This document shows, in pieces, positions 52,964 through 63,624 of a DNA stretch of 64,000 bases. The notes beneath the pieces were generated by a model. The model had not been told where the DNA came from. It saw nothing but the letters and a program-made list of their open reading frames with translations, and did no database searches. The stretch is from a virus, in the IMG/VR virus record IMGVR_UViG_3300031418_000005, positions 64,001 through 128,000 of that record; one strand, 5' to 3'. The stretch's first letter is position 1. The number at the start of each line of letters is the position of its first letter. The translations under genes and the position numbers were made by a program.

Positions 52964-55483
52964 TTAACCTTTGATTTTCAGATACTGGTTAAGCTGCACC
53001 TCGCCATTCAGATAGCGCTGATTTACGCGATCCAAGAAAGCAAAGCCTAACTCGTTCACTTCCACCACTTCGTACTTGACATGCGGATGCAGTTTCACAA
53101 ACGCTTTGTCGTAACCGATATATGCTGGGTCAAAAGGCAGGAGGTCTTTGTAACGTTCCATGACTTCGTCCAGCTGTGTGGTAGAGATACGGTATTCCGG
53201 GTCGTCCTCTTTCAGAATCAAAATTCCACCGAGGTAATCCCAGAGGATTTTGTTCAGGGTCGGGGAGTACAGATGATACCGCCCTGGAAGTGGTACCGGG
53301 TTAACCGGGGGCGGCGTTGGGAACCAGTTGGTGAGGTAAGCCTCAACACGCTCGTCCAAATCACGCGCCTTATCACGCAGCGTATACAAATCGCCACTGA
53401 TAAGCGTACGCAGAGGTATTGTCGGGTCGGCTACGGAATACGGGAAACCGTCCGCCACCAAATCCGTACCTACCGCATTGTCCTCACGGAACACCACTTC
53501 ATCACGTAATAACAGCGAACCCCCGCCGATGACACGGATGACTTTATCGTCACGACAGTCATACTGGCTGTTGTTCGACAATAAGCCGCTTGACACAAAT
53601 CCACACTTCGGAATGCGCATTGTTCCGGTCACGCCCCGACAGCGGATCGCTACCCGGTTAGTGTCGCCGTCACTCATCCACGACTTACAAGTTACCACGA
53701 CCTCAGGCCAAATCCCCACGAAATCAATGGTCTGCACCAGGGGGTGGCCGTTCAGCCACGCTTCTGTCGACTCCATCGGAATCCACAAAGTGCGCTGCTG
53801 GTCATCCTGATTACGTGCGACGATCGGTACACGAATCTGCCCTTCGCTAACTTTGACATCCACTTCGAAGAACAAATGTTTGTCGTCGTAAATCACTGTA
53901 GGGTGGCGACGTGTCCGGTCAACCGTCCAGGTAATCTGATTATCGGTACGCTGATAATCTTCCCCTTCCACAGCCTGGTAGTAGTTATCCGTGGGCACTT
54001 CGTTTTTCAACATGCGTATCCACAAGTTAACATTTTCACCTTCGGCAATTTCAAAGTCAGGTGCGTTATCAACGATGTGCACTGCGTCCGATGACTCAGA
54101 GGCAATCGCTTCGATAATCCGGGCATCGGGATCGCGGGCGATGTAAACGTCGTAACCTTTGTTCGCGTGTTTACCCAACAACACCCCATCGGCGTCATAC
54201 TCGTACACAGTCGAGAGCGCAGCCAGATGATCAGGCAACACTGCTTGCCAGGTACCGTTAGCCTTCGCCGTTAAACGTTGCGGGGTATCTGCTGCATAAC
54301 GGCTCACCGCATTATAACCGTAAGCATCAGTGCATAGGTCGCGAGTGATGTTCCGAAGCTTAGCCGCCGCCAACTGGTTCGCAGCGGATTGCTCCAGGTT
54401 CGCAGCCTGCCACTCCGTGACATTGGCATTCGCCCCGACCATCGCATCGATAATCAGTTCGTCAGACAACCGATAGAGGTCATGGGTGTGAGACGAATTG
54501 TACAGCGGTGCCAGGTCAAGATAGTCGTCACGAATGATTACCCGGATGGTAAGTTCGTCGATATCGTTGAGTGGGGTGCTGAACGCATTACGGTATTTCG
54601 AGATGCGCTCGGTCGGGATGGCCAGGTCGTTCCAGGTGAGCTGACGAACCGACTGCATCCGGTGTCGGTGGTAATAACGCCCCTCACCTTTCCACAGCAA
54701 CTGGATTTCGCAATCGTCGTTAAACACCCACTGTGTATCGCGCTTCGGAATGTGCAGGAGGTATTTACGGGTTTTATCCAACTCGGAGTAGAAGGTCGGT
54801 AAGTCACCGCAGCGGTAATCGATAACCCGTCGTGCACGCCCATCAACCCGGATATCCACATCGTCCCAGGACTTCATGCTTGCCGTGGTTGGGTTCACAA
54901 TTAACTTACCGTTCACCCACAGGTCAACGTAGCCAATGTTTTGTGCCCGCAACAGGTTATAGCGATCGAGCACCACCTGAATCTGTTGTGGGTTAGGCGG
55001 GGCGTAATACTCAGTGAAAGTTTTCTTAATCACCGGGGCATTCTCACCACCGTCGTACCCGGCGTAGATACGCAGATAACACGGTTCAGTGTCTAACCAC
55101 TTGTAGCGATCGGTTTGCGGGATAGCCATGAAAATCTGCCCTGCCACCGTACGCCAGAAATACACGGAGTCCGCCGGAACAATTGTCCCGTCTTCGTTGT
55201 AAACCTGCATCCAGGTACTGAACCCGTTCATGCAGGTAGACAGTTTCTTCCAGCGCTCCACCGGTATCGCTAAGTTACCGCGGTTAACGTGTAACTTATC
55301 AATCGCAAACGCGTGCCACCAACTACCCTCTTTCGGAAGAGGGATAGCCTGCCGACCGTATTTGAAAAAGCCGATCGCCCCGGTTTGCGGAGAGAGTCGG
55401 AGGGGTGCTATGTTTAACACCCCATCGAGGTAGGGACGCTGCCACGCGTTTTTCACCGCGTGGGCGACCAGCCAGTTCTCCAT
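52964..55483 (-). CDS. Virion structural protein (phiKZ gp27-like)
   Basis: 839 aa; assignment by synteny. Confidence 0.6.
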   Translation of the reverse strand: MENWLVAHAVKNAWQRPYLDGVLNIAPLRLSPQTGAIGFFKYGRQAIPLPKEGSWWHAFAIDKLHVNRGNLAIPVERWKKLSTCMNGFSTWMQVYNEDGTIVPADSVYFWRTVAGQIFMAIPQTDRYKWLDTEPCYLRIYAGYDGGENAPVIKKTFTEYYAPPNPQQIQVVLDRYNLLRAQNIGYVDLWVNGKLIVNPTTASMKSWDDVDIRVDGRARRVIDYRCGDLPTFYSELDKTRKYLLHIPKRDTQWVFNDDCEIQLLWKGEGRYYHRHRMQSVRQLTWNDLAIPTERISKYRNAFSTPLNDIDELTIRVIIRDDYLDLAPLYNSSHTHDLYRLSDELIIDAMVGANANVTEWQAANLEQSAANQLAAAKLRNITRDLCTDAYGYNAVSRYAADTPQRLTAKANGTWQAVLPDHLAALSTVYEYDADGVLLGKHANKGYDVYIARDPDARIIEAIASESSDAVHIVDNAPDFEIAEGENVNLWIRMLKNEVPTDNYYQAVEGEDYQRTDNQITWTVDRTRRHPTVIYDDKHLFFEVDVKVSEGQIRVPIVARNQDDQQRTLWIPMESTEAWLNGHPLVQTIDFVGIWPEVVVTCKSWMSDGDTNRVAIRCRGVTGTMRIPKCGFVSSGLLSNNSQYDCRDDKVIRVIGGGSLLLRDEVVFREDNAVGTDLVADGFPYSVADPTIPLRTLISGDLYTLRDKARDLDERVEAYLTNWFPTPPPVNPVPLPGRYHLYSPTLNKILWDYLGGILILKEDDPEYRISTTQLDEVMERYKDLLPFDPAYIGYDKAFVKLHPHVKYEVVEVNELGFAFLDRVNQRYLNGEVQLNQYLKIKG

Positions 55484-55493
55484 AGTGGGCCTC

Positions 55494-56402
55494 TTACTTA
55501 ATGTTCAGGGGTTTTGTGTACTGGTTCATCAACACGTTGAAGGACGTTTCGAACTTGTCGCGTTTCTTCGCTGCGTTGGATTTCTTCACTACGCCCCCGA
55601 AACGGAAACGGTTAAAGATGTTATTGTCCAGACACGCTTTGGTCATGCAGAACAGCGCAGGAGGGTACTCGATAGCGCAGGTGGTCAACTGACGATCGTA
55701 ACTGACCATCGGACCGAAACTGGCGGAGAGCATCCCTTGCAGGCTGACTACACTGAGATCTTTCAGACGAGAACTGATGTCCGCCGCTTTCACCATCTCG
55801 ACGAATTCGGTGATGTTGCGGGGGAATAAGTAATCAGTATGTCCGGTCACAGATTCAAAAACTTCCGCAGCAATCCCCAGTTCGTTCTCCAACATCTGCT
55901 GCATACGCAGCGCTTTGACTTCGTCTTCGAAGTTGTTGTAGAACTGTCCAACGGAGAAAAGTGCGGCCAGTGCTTTGACTTGTGCGCTTTGATATGGAGC
56001 GAGTGAATTTGCGTGGTCGATAGCATCGACTACCCACTTACTGAAAATCTCATGGTGATAATACATCTGGGACATCAGTGCACCCAGCTTTCCACCATTC
56101 CGTTTCCACACTAATTCCCAACGTGCCTGGTCGAGTCGCAGTGCGTGCTCAGTCAGGTTACGAATTTTTAGCTCGCCGGATTTGTCCAGCGTGGTAAACG
56201 TGCGTGCGTCTACGTACACATCGTCGCCGATCACAATCGGCAGTGGAAACGATTTTACATCGGCAGTTTCAATAACGTAGTGAACTTCGTCAGACTGCGC
56301 TCTGGTTTGATTAAGGGAACGGGCCAATTCCAGCCCAGCTTTGATGCCTGTCAGGTCAATGCTGTTAAAGGGATTGCCGCTGTAAGCGTTTTCGAGTGCC
56401 AT
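55494..56402 (-). CDS. Virion structural protein (phiKZ gp28-like)
   Basis: 302 aa with an EYPP motif; assignment by synteny. Confidence 0.55.
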   Translation of the reverse strand: MALENAYSGNPFNSIDLTGIKAGLELARSLNQTRAQSDEVHYVIETADVKSFPLPIVIGDDVYVDARTFTTLDKSGELKIRNLTEHALRLDQARWELVWKRNGGKLGALMSQMYYHHEIFSKWVVDAIDHANSLAPYQSAQVKALAALFSVGQFYNNFEDEVKALRMQQMLENELGIAAEVFESVTGHTDYLFPRNITEFVEMVKAADISSRLKDLSVVSLQGMLSASFGPMVSYDRQLTTCAIEYPPALFCMTKACLDNNIFNRFRFGGVVKKSNAAKKRDKFETSFNVLMNQYTKPLNIK

Positions 56403-56460
56403 GAGATTGATACCTTAGTATGACCCACAGGTCTTTTAAGACGAATTATGGAGACGTTCC

Positions 56461-58503
56461 ATGACTTTTATTCCACGAAACGGCGCGCCGTTGAATAACA
56501 AGCAAGGCTGGCAGGATAACTCCGTCGCCGCGCTTGTACGGACCCCTACGGGTGATCCGATTCATAAGCCGCTGATCTTCACCTTTGCCGCGCGCGGGGT
56601 AGACAACGAGGCGTTCCCGTTAACCGGGGATAATGCACTGTCTCTGCTTGGTCGTAGTATCTTTGACCTGCGCGGCCCGTACGCGACGTTCAACACGCCT
56701 TACCAGGCGATGTTCAACGCCAACGGCAACGAGTGTATGTATCAGCGTCTGGTTCCGGATGATGCGAAAACTGCAGCTATCCGTGTGTTTGCTGACGTGC
56801 TCGAAACGAAAGTTCCGGCGTACGAACGCGTAAATGGGGTTATCCAGTACGATGCGACTGGCAAGCCCAAAGTCAAAGAGCAGGTTGACGGTATCGTCAT
56901 CGTGTTCCGTTCTGTTGTCATCGATAGCACGACTCCCCCTCTCAAGGGTGGTCTCGTAACCGACGGCACCATGACCGGCGATGGCGGTACCAAATCCAAG
57001 CTTTACCCGCTGTTTGATGTCCAGGGTCCGTACGCGGGCGCTGACGTAAACGGCTTTGGCTTCAAGATGGTTCCACTGAACGAGAAGTCCAATCCAACGA
57101 TGGCTTCCTCGTACCAGAATACTGTCGGTGGTCGCATGTACCAACTCCAGTGGTTCGAAACCCTGGAAGGTGTGACGTCACCGGTGGTCTGGAAAACCAT
57201 CAACGGTCTCAGCAGCATGAACTTCAGCTTTAAGCCTGATGCATACTATCTGCCGATGCGCACCCAGCTCGACTTCGAAACCATCATTCCTGATGGCTAT
57301 CGTAAGACGATGCCGGATGTCGGTGGGCTGCCAGACTACGGTCCGTTCGAAGAGTTCTATATCTACCGTGAGAACCTCGAAACTGTTCTGGGCCTGGCGC
57401 AAGCTGCTGTCCAAAACGTCACGATTGCCGACCCGTACATGGTCGACATCTTCGGCGGCCTTGACCTGATCGGTCAGCCGTATGACGGCCTGCAGGTTAA
57501 CCCTGCTACCGAAACCGGCAAGATGGTCTTCTCCGGGTCTAACATCCACTACCTGCAAGGTGGTAGCGATGGTACCATGGGTGACACCGTTTACGATGAA
57601 CTCGTTCGTCGTGAAATGCTGCTGTTCCCTGAAGACGGAAAAGTCCGTTACGATAACGAACTGAAATATTCACTCGGCTGCTTCTGGGACTCGGGCTTCT
57701 CGTTCGACACCAAAGAAGCGTGTGTGAACTTCATCGGCAAGTCGCGTAACACCTTCCTGACGCTGTGTACCCACGTCTTCGACCAGGGCCGTAATGACCT
57801 GCAAACCGAAGAGGGTGCCAAAGTCGCGCTGATCGAACTCATCACCTCCGTTCCGGAAAGTGCCTACTACGGTACCCCGGCTGCGCGTGGTATGGTGACC
57901 GGTCAGACTGCGTTCATCCGTAACTCTTCTTACAAGAAGCCGGTTCCGATGAACTACAGCATCGCAAGCTTCTTCTCGAAGTATCTCGGTGCTGGCGAAG
58001 GTCGTGCGAACCCTGCATACCGCTTTAGCCGCGGTGAAGAGACGATCATCGAAGATCTGTACGATCTGAGTATGCCGTGGAAAGGCAATGAAGTGTATGC
58101 GTCCGACTGGGATGTGTCGCTCATCACTGCCCGTAGCCGTGACTACTATCGTCTGTTCATTCCGGCGATTCAGTCCATCTACAGCGAAGACCGCTCCGTG
58201 CTGAACAACGCACTGTTCAACTTCATCATGACCTACGTTTACCGTGTGTCTGATGGTGTGTGGGCAGACATGTCTGGTGAAAACCGCATGACGGACAGCG
58301 AACGTGCTAAAATGATCGAAAACAAAGTCACCGAACGGTTGGAAAACCGCCTCGATGGCATTGCGGACGTGACCCCAAGCGCGTACTTCACGGCTGATGA
58401 CAAAGCGAACGGTTATTCCGTCACGCTGGATCTGAATGCGACCGGCGGTGTGTTGCTGACTCAGTTCAACACCACTATCAAAGTCTACCGTCGGGAGAGC
58501 TAA
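56461..58503 (+). CDS. Contractile tail sheath protein (phiKZ gp29-like)
   Basis: 680 aa with YLQGGSDG, WDSGF and PESAYYGTPAARG motifs. Followed by a tube-sized gene. Confidence 0.85.
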   Translation: MTFIPRNGAPLNNKQGWQDNSVAALVRTPTGDPIHKPLIFTFAARGVDNEAFPLTGDNALSLLGRSIFDLRGPYATFNTPYQAMFNANGNECMYQRLVPDDAKTAAIRVFADVLETKVPAYERVNGVIQYDATGKPKVKEQVDGIVIVFRSVVIDSTTPPLKGGLVTDGTMTGDGGTKSKLYPLFDVQGPYAGADVNGFGFKMVPLNEKSNPTMASSYQNTVGGRMYQLQWFETLEGVTSPVVWKTINGLSSMNFSFKPDAYYLPMRTQLDFETIIPDGYRKTMPDVGGLPDYGPFEEFYIYRENLETVLGLAQAAVQNVTIADPYMVDIFGGLDLIGQPYDGLQVNPATETGKMVFSGSNIHYLQGGSDGTMGDTVYDELVRREMLLFPEDGKVRYDNELKYSLGCFWDSGFSFDTKEACVNFIGKSRNTFLTLCTHVFDQGRNDLQTEEGAKVALIELITSVPESAYYGTPAARGMVTGQTAFIRNSSYKKPVPMNYSIASFFSKYLGAGEGRANPAYRFSRGEETIIEDLYDLSMPWKGNEVYASDWDVSLITARSRDYYRLFIPAIQSIYSEDRSVLNNALFNFIMTYVYRVSDGVWADMSGENRMTDSERAKMIENKVTERLENRLDGIADVTPSAYFTADDKANGYSVTLDLNATGGVLLTQFNTTIKVYRRES

Positions 58504-58506
58504 TAG

Positions 58507-59385
58507 ATGTCTATCAAAGATCGTATGATCCTTCCTGATCAGGGGCTGCATGTCGACGGTGGTACGTACGACATGGTCAACCCGTTCTCCTCGGGCCAAA
58601 ACGGCCCGGTTGGACAGGTTGGTAAGTTCGTTACGAACGCCAGCCGTCTGCGCCGTAACGTCATCGCGCGCGTCATGGAATTCCCTCGTTGGGTGGATTA
58701 CATGCCGAACCCGCAGCTGTGGCGTCAGGCAATCAAATCGTTTATCGAGGTTCACACCACGATTACCGGTTTGGACAAAACCCTGAGCGCTGAGTATGTG
58801 CAGACCCAACAGGGTCGTAACAACCGCGTCCAGTATGAAGCTGGCCTGGTAACGGAAGCGCTGTCTTCTGTTACTCACACCACGCCGGATAAACTCGGTA
58901 AGGTGTACCAGAACATGCTGTGGGCATGGCTCGTGTACGGTGTGTGCGATCCCCAGACTGGTCACCCTGGTCTGGCCGCTATCAACCCGAACGTGCCGGA
59001 TCACCTGCCAGACATGTACAGCATGACCGTGCTGTACTTCGAACCGGATGCGTACAACCGCAAACCGCAGAACGCCTGGTGGTTGACCAACATGGCTCCA
59101 GAAACTTCTGGTCAGGATATCGGTGAGCGTGACCCGAACACCGGTCCTCAGACCAACGAACTGTCTATCACCTTCACCTCCCAGCAATGGACAGGTTGGG
59201 GCCCGATGCAGGCAGCGGCGAAGGAACTGGAACGCATGAAGCTGTACGGTCTGCGCCCTTACGAGCGTAAACTGTGGCTGACTCCGTCTCAGCAGACTGA
59301 TGGCATTAACCCTGATGTCGATGCGACTCCGGGTGGCTACCGTTCTGTTTCTGACGAGCAGATGGCTCAGCAGCTCCGCGGCTAA
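58507..59385 (+). CDS. Tail tube protein (phiKZ gp30-like)
   Basis: 292 aa directly after the sheath. Contains YFEPD...AWWLTNMAP...ELSITF, a tube-like pattern. Confidence 0.75.
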   Translation: MSIKDRMILPDQGLHVDGGTYDMVNPFSSGQNGPVGQVGKFVTNASRLRRNVIARVMEFPRWVDYMPNPQLWRQAIKSFIEVHTTITGLDKTLSAEYVQTQQGRNNRVQYEAGLVTEALSSVTHTTPDKLGKVYQNMLWAWLVYGVCDPQTGHPGLAAINPNVPDHLPDMYSMTVLYFEPDAYNRKPQNAWWLTNMAPETSGQDIGERDPNTGPQTNELSITFTSQQWTGWGPMQAAAKELERMKLYGLRPYERKLWLTPSQQTDGINPDVDATPGGYRSVSDEQMAQQLRG

Positions 59386-59387
59386 GC

Positions 59388-59441
59388 AAAAAAAAGAAGC
59401 GCGCCTCACTCCTTTACGGGAGTGAGGTACGTTTTATTTTT
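59388..59441. terminator. Bidirectional terminator
   Basis: A-tract, CCTCACTCC...GGAGTGAGG hairpin, T-tract. Confidence 0.8.
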
Positions 59442-60021
59442 TCTGTCCTTTCGTGTTATCTTTTTCATCTTCACGCATTTGCATTGCGGCCCCTGCACGG
59501 ATGATAAGGTTCTTCATCTGCATCAGCAGCAGGAAAGAAGACAGCAAATCATATTCTGCCGGTGGTGCCAGGTCAGGACTGTCCGGATGAGCAATTTTCC
59601 ACAGCGTGGTTTCGTTTGGCCCAGCACCCTTTTCAGCAGTAACAATGTCACCGGGCTGCAGTGTCACCAGCTCACGCTCCAGACAACCGATAACGTAGTC
59701 ACCGAATTCAATCAACAGCAGCTGTTTGAAGCGGATGATAAACCCGGCAATCACACGCCCTGCTGAGGACTTGGTGATGTCGTCGAGAAAACGTTGGTAA
59801 CCGTTGACGGTGTGGGGAATCATCTCTGCGGCAAAACCCGCGGTATGTTCAAAAGCGGTTTCATCTACCACCTGGCGCAGGGACAAGGTGAAGACGTCGC
59901 CAATCTGATTAAGGCGCTGGATGATTTCATCACGATTCATCGCGCTTCGCATGACAGTATTCTCGGGAGCTTCTGACGTATGGTTCAGCACATGGCCCGA
60001 GAACAGTGTTTCATCTCTCAT
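59434..60021 (-). CDS. Hypothetical protein
   Basis: 195 aa with a GGAG SD. Confidence 0.6.
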   Translation of the reverse strand: MRDETLFSGHVLNHTSEAPENTVMRSAMNRDEIIQRLNQIGDVFTLSLRQVVDETAFEHTAGFAAEMIPHTVNGYQRFLDDITKSSAGRVIAGFIIRFKQLLLIEFGDYVIGCLERELVTLQPGDIVTAEKGAGPNETTLWKIAHPDSPDLAPPAEYDLLSSFLLLMQMKNLIIRAGAAMQMREDEKDNTKGQKK

Positions 60022-60073
60022 TGTTTACTCCAGGATCAAAAAAAAGAGGCAGTCATAAGACCGCCTCTATTTG

Positions 60074-60280
60074 TTACCGCTTCCGACGATAGTGCGCAGC
60101 AATACCTTCGAGAGGTTTCGGCGGCGGCATCTGTCGTGGGAAGCTAATCGTAATCCCAATCTCATCGGGAGGAGCAACTGTGTTGTCCCAACGCAAACCC
60201 GTAGCAGGATTCACGTTAGGGTGACATGTTACTTTACCCCCGAGAGACTCTGCGAGCTGTTTCGGGGAGAAGTCGAACAT
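60074..60280 (-). CDS. Small hypothetical protein
   Basis: 68 aa with TAATG coupling to the upstream gene. Confidence 0.45.
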   Translation of the reverse strand: MFDFSPKQLAESLGGKVTCHPNVNPATGLRWDNTVAPPDEIGITISFPRQMPPPKPLEGIAAHYRRKR

Positions 60281-60765
60281 TACTCTTCGTCTTCCTCATC
60301 GCCCGCCATCATGGCAGCCGCAAAGCTTTTACGCAGTTTGCCTTCCAGCGCTTTAGACTTCGGTGCGCCGTAGCCGAAGCCGATAGAGGCTTCCCATTCT
60401 TTCTTGGTCGGCTCATCACCGGTCGGGCGAGCGAAGACAGTCGAGAAGCTGGCGTTACCGATATCCAGTTTCAGGTCCAGCGCAGCAACGTCTTTGTCCG
60501 CCTTCGCGCGGTCAACGATAACACCACTGGCGATACCGCCGTACACTTCGAGGAAGTTCGCATCGTGCTGGCGCAATGCGTTAGCATCTTCCAGCGTGAA
60601 GCGATATTCCAGATCGTTGATTTTGGTGGTCGGCAACGTCTCTTCGTAGAGCTTCTGCATCGGCTCAGCTTTCAGAGACAGGTCTTCGTTCAGTACAACG
60701 GTCGGACCTTCGATAGCGTCGATCAGGGCAGACAGTTCTTTGATAGAGGTTACTTTAGTGGTCAT
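60280..60765 (-). CDS. Hypothetical acidic protein
   Basis: 161 aa with biased codon usage and an AAGGA SD. Confidence 0.6.
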   Translation of the reverse strand: MTTKVTSIKELSALIDAIEGPTVVLNEDLSLKAEPMQKLYEETLPTTKINDLEYRFTLEDANALRQHDANFLEVYGGIASGVIVDRAKADKDVAALDLKLDIGNASFSTVFARPTGDEPTKKEWEASIGFGYGAPKSKALEGKLRKSFAAAMMAGDEEDEE

Positions 60766-60782
60766 TGCTTTATCCTTCAGGG

Positions 60783-61454
60783 TTACTTGGAATGAAGACG
60801 AGCTTCGAGCTCATCAGTGATTTCGGGTGTGAAGCAATCGATATCCAATTGTTCCACATGGTCTAACCGGGCCAACAGTTTCTCAGCAAAGAGTGTGTGG
60901 TACCAGTCAGGAACTTTGGACTTACCGTCTTTACCAAACTTCTCTTTGATGTGGCGCACAGCATGGAATTTCGCATCGGTGACGCTTTTGCCATGGTCGC
61001 GTGCATACAGGTAAGAGCGATAAGCATAATTCATCACATCGTCCACAGACGGGATGCCGCGGTCAGCAGCAGCCACAATCTCAGAGACAATGCCGTTGTA
61101 GTTCCCTTTGTGAGAACTACGATGTTCTAATACCGCGTGGGCGATGATAAGACACTCGTCATCGGTGAGTTTGTATTTACGCTTGAGTACCGGCTTGTTG
61201 TCCAGTATCCAGCTGTAGCCTTTGATGTGGTGTGAAGCACGGTCTTCTTTGGTTGAGAAGATATCGTGTGCCGCAATCGCAATCAGCGCCAACTTCAAAT
61301 GCTCGGTTTCACCCAACAGGTACGCAATCCGAATCGCGTTAGACTTCACAGACTGGATGTGGTCGATGCGGTGAGCGCTATCGGTATACAGATAGAAGTC
61401 ACGGAATTGACGTACCAGTTTTTCCCACAGCTTGTTGATTTCGGTGCCTTGCAT
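60783..61454 (-). CDS. HD-domain phosphohydrolase
   Basis: H...H (AHRIDH), AHD, EHR and AADR motifs. Confidence 0.85.
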   Translation of the reverse strand: MQGTEINKLWEKLVRQFRDFYLYTDSAHRIDHIQSVKSNAIRIAYLLGETEHLKLALIAIAAHDIFSTKEDRASHHIKGYSWILDNKPVLKRKYKLTDDECLIIAHAVLEHRSSHKGNYNGIVSEIVAAADRGIPSVDDVMNYAYRSYLYARDHGKSVTDAKFHAVRHIKEKFGKDGKSKVPDWYHTLFAEKLLARLDHVEQLDIDCFTPEITDELEARLHSK

Positions 61455-61494
61455 TGTTTTCTTTTCCTAAAAGGTAATGGTCGAATTGAATTAC

Positions 61495-61899
61495 TTACGC
61501 TGCGGTGAGTTCCGCAAACTTCTTAGCGGCAAGAGTCATGGTCGTTTGAAACTCCGCTAACTCTTCACCGGCGATGATGCCTTTGAGGTGCTGGTCGCCC
61601 GTCACCAGTTCGCCGAAAGCGAACGGTAAGTTGGCAAACTCACCTTGCAGCTGATGTTCCTGACGCCATTGTGCGTCAGTCATCAACAAGATGAATTTTG
61701 CAGCATCCGGACTTTGAAGTGTGGTGGCCATGTCGGTGGTGTTTGCTTCGTGCAGACGTTTATCACGCGCTACACACAGCTCAACCGGGTCAGACAACAA
61801 CGAGATTAAATCGTCTTCGTTGCTGGCAGCTTTTGCCGTTAACATTAACATCACGAACGGGTCGCGGCAAAGGTTTACAATTTGGTCTGAAATGTTCAT
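61495..61899 (-). CDS. Hypothetical early protein
   Basis: 134 aa behind the conserved promoter/leader cassette. Confidence 0.6.
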   Translation of the reverse strand: MNISDQIVNLCRDPFVMLMLTAKAASNEDDLISLLSDPVELCVARDKRLHEANTTDMATTLQSPDAAKFILLMTDAQWRQEHQLQGEFANLPFAFGELVTGDQHLKGIIAGEELAEFQTTMTLAAKKFAELTAA

Positions 61900-61904
61900 A
61901 AGGT

Positions 61905-61986
61905 GCTCCTTAAGGTTATAGTCGAGTAAAAGATTAGGAATGTAATCTCACCTAAGTAAAATATATCTGTAAGAATTTCGAATGCA
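61905..61986 (-). promoter_or_regulatory. Promoter/leader cassette, paralogous to 38570-38661
   Basis: Same TGCATTCGAAA-n5-ACAGATATATTTTAC, hairpin and TCGACTATA-SD blocks. Confidence 0.65.
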
Positions 61987-62034
61987 CTTAAAATAAAACG
62001 GGTAGTCCTCTCGGGTGAAAGGACTACCTAAGGA

Positions 62035-62583
62035 TTAAATCGGCAACAGAGTTCCCGAGAGATTAATCGGGTCTTCGTAGAACGCTTCGCATTGACTACA
62101 GACGGCCGGGATATTCGGCTGTTCTGTTCGTACCCAAATCGCTCCCCCGCCCTGTAGCACCCATTCACGACAGTTCCGACCATAATCGTCGACAAGCAAA
62201 TTCCCCCGTGAGGCGTAAGCTGCTTTCTGCCCAGAGTTCTCAGTGACAATGACTTTATCTGACGGCACACCAAAGTGCTTTAAGAACCAGCGCTGTTTCG
62301 ACTCAACCACCAACTGGTGGTCAAAGTGGTCTTCAGAACCGGATGTCAGTATTGCCCACGAATCACACAACTTTTCCAGCGTTTCAATAATCTTGCCCGC
62401 CTCGGGAATAGGCTGGAGCTTATAGAACAAATCTGGATCACGCTGATACATCTCGCGTGTCAGACTGCGACGACGTAGCTCAGGTAACGCATTGAACTCC
62501 TTAATCGTCAATCCCGGAAAATGTGTGGATAATACGTAGGTACGCCAACGCGCAAATAACCCATCGCTATCCAAATAGAACAT
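62035..62583 (-). CDS. HAD-family 5'(3')-deoxyribonucleotidase
   Basis: Start MFYLDSDG (DxDG), with ILTS, K..W and LLVDD...N..EW motifs. AAGGA SD. Confidence 0.85.
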   Translation of the reverse strand: MFYLDSDGLFARWRTYVLSTHFPGLTIKEFNALPELRRRSLTREMYQRDPDLFYKLQPIPEAGKIIETLEKLCDSWAILTSGSEDHFDHQLVVESKQRWFLKHFGVPSDKVIVTENSGQKAAYASRGNLLVDDYGRNCREWVLQGGGAIWVRTEQPNIPAVCSQCEAFYEDPINLSGTLLPI

Positions 62584-62641
62584 GTTTGCTTCCTTTAAAA
62601 TTGTAATCCCCAACACATGAACTACCAGAACCGTAAAAAAA

Positions 62642-62941
62642 CTACAACTGCTTAATGGTGATGTTGGAACGGTACGGCTCCGCCAACAAGAAATAGGTGC
62701 GGGTGTAATCGATAGTAACTCCTGCTGAACGAATATCGCAATAGAACTGTGCGATGTCTTGTTGAGCAATACCCGCGACAATGTTGTTGATCTTCCGCTT
62801 GGTGTCAAAACGCCCACCGAGAATTTCAGCCAGCACATCTCGACCACAGCGTTCCTGAACCGCGTAGAGAGCCAGAGCTTTCAGTTCGTCCGGTGTCAAC
62901 GTTTGCAGCGTCGAGGGTATTGCGATGTTAACGACTTTCAT
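62642..62941 (-). CDS. Hypothetical protein
   Basis: Start MKVVNIA with a GGGGA SD. Confidence 0.5.
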   Translation of the reverse strand: MKVVNIAIPSTLQTLTPDELKALALYAVQERCGRDVLAEILGGRFDTKRKINNIVAGIAQQDIAQFYCDIRSAGVTIDYTRTYFLLAEPYRSNITIKQL

Positions 62942-62993
62942 GCTTTCCCCCTGATTACGGTAAGTGGTGATTTGCAGACCACGAACTTGCCGG

Positions 62994-63623
62994 TCACGGG
63001 GTGACAGTGTATTCGTTAATGGCGGCGTCGAAGGCAGTTCGACCGACTTCTTTCGCATCACTGCATTTGAGTGTTTCTTTCTCCCAATCTACAGTGACGA
63101 AAGCTTCGTAGAAGACATCTGCTTTCAACAGTTGGTAGGAGTTCCAGCGAACATCCTGACCGAAACACATCTGGTACGTGAACTTACTACCGGCCTCGCC
63201 GAGCGATGATAAACGCATCTCGCCAAGTACAGTTGGTTTGATATCCCAGTTCGACATACGGTGCGGAACAATCCACACTTCGCCTGCGCGATTGGGTTCG
63301 CACGTTAAGTCCACTGACGGTTGTACGACCGCGCGTTCTTGAAACCCGTGTAAGAATAACCGGGTCGGAATCTCAATGGTAGAAAAGAGATGCCGGACAC
63401 CGTGAATACAACGGGTGATATCTACCGAGCAGCAAATACGCGGCACGGTCATATCTTCATCACGCGCAACAGAAAGAGGGATACGCGGTGAGAACACCGA
63501 GATCTTACTCTTGCTCAGATGCAGTGGCTGTTCGTTAAGTTGGCGTAACTTTACTTTCTTAACGACACGCGGCATTTGCTGCTGCAGCCAGCGCTCTAAT
63601 GAGGGGTCGACGTTTTCGCTCAT
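62994..63623 (-). CDS. Conserved hypothetical protein
   Basis: Start MSENVDP right after the protease stop. LHLS...FSPRIP...ED.TVPRICCS...C..G motif. Confidence 0.55.
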   Translation of the reverse strand: MSENVDPSLERWLQQQMPRVVKKVKLRQLNEQPLHLSKSKISVFSPRIPLSVARDEDMTVPRICCSVDITRCIHGVRHLFSTIEIPTRLFLHGFQERAVVQPSVDLTCEPNRAGEVWIVPHRMSNWDIKPTVLGEMRLSSLGEAGSKFTYQMCFGQDVRWNSYQLLKADVFYEAFVTVDWEKETLKCSDAKEVGRTAFDAAINEYTVTP

Positions 63624-63624
63624 T

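Noticed and set aside
57670-59409. 579-aa minus-strand ORF antisense to tail sheath/tube
   Set aside because: The same antisense shadow effect. It spans two real genes and starts in a terminator.
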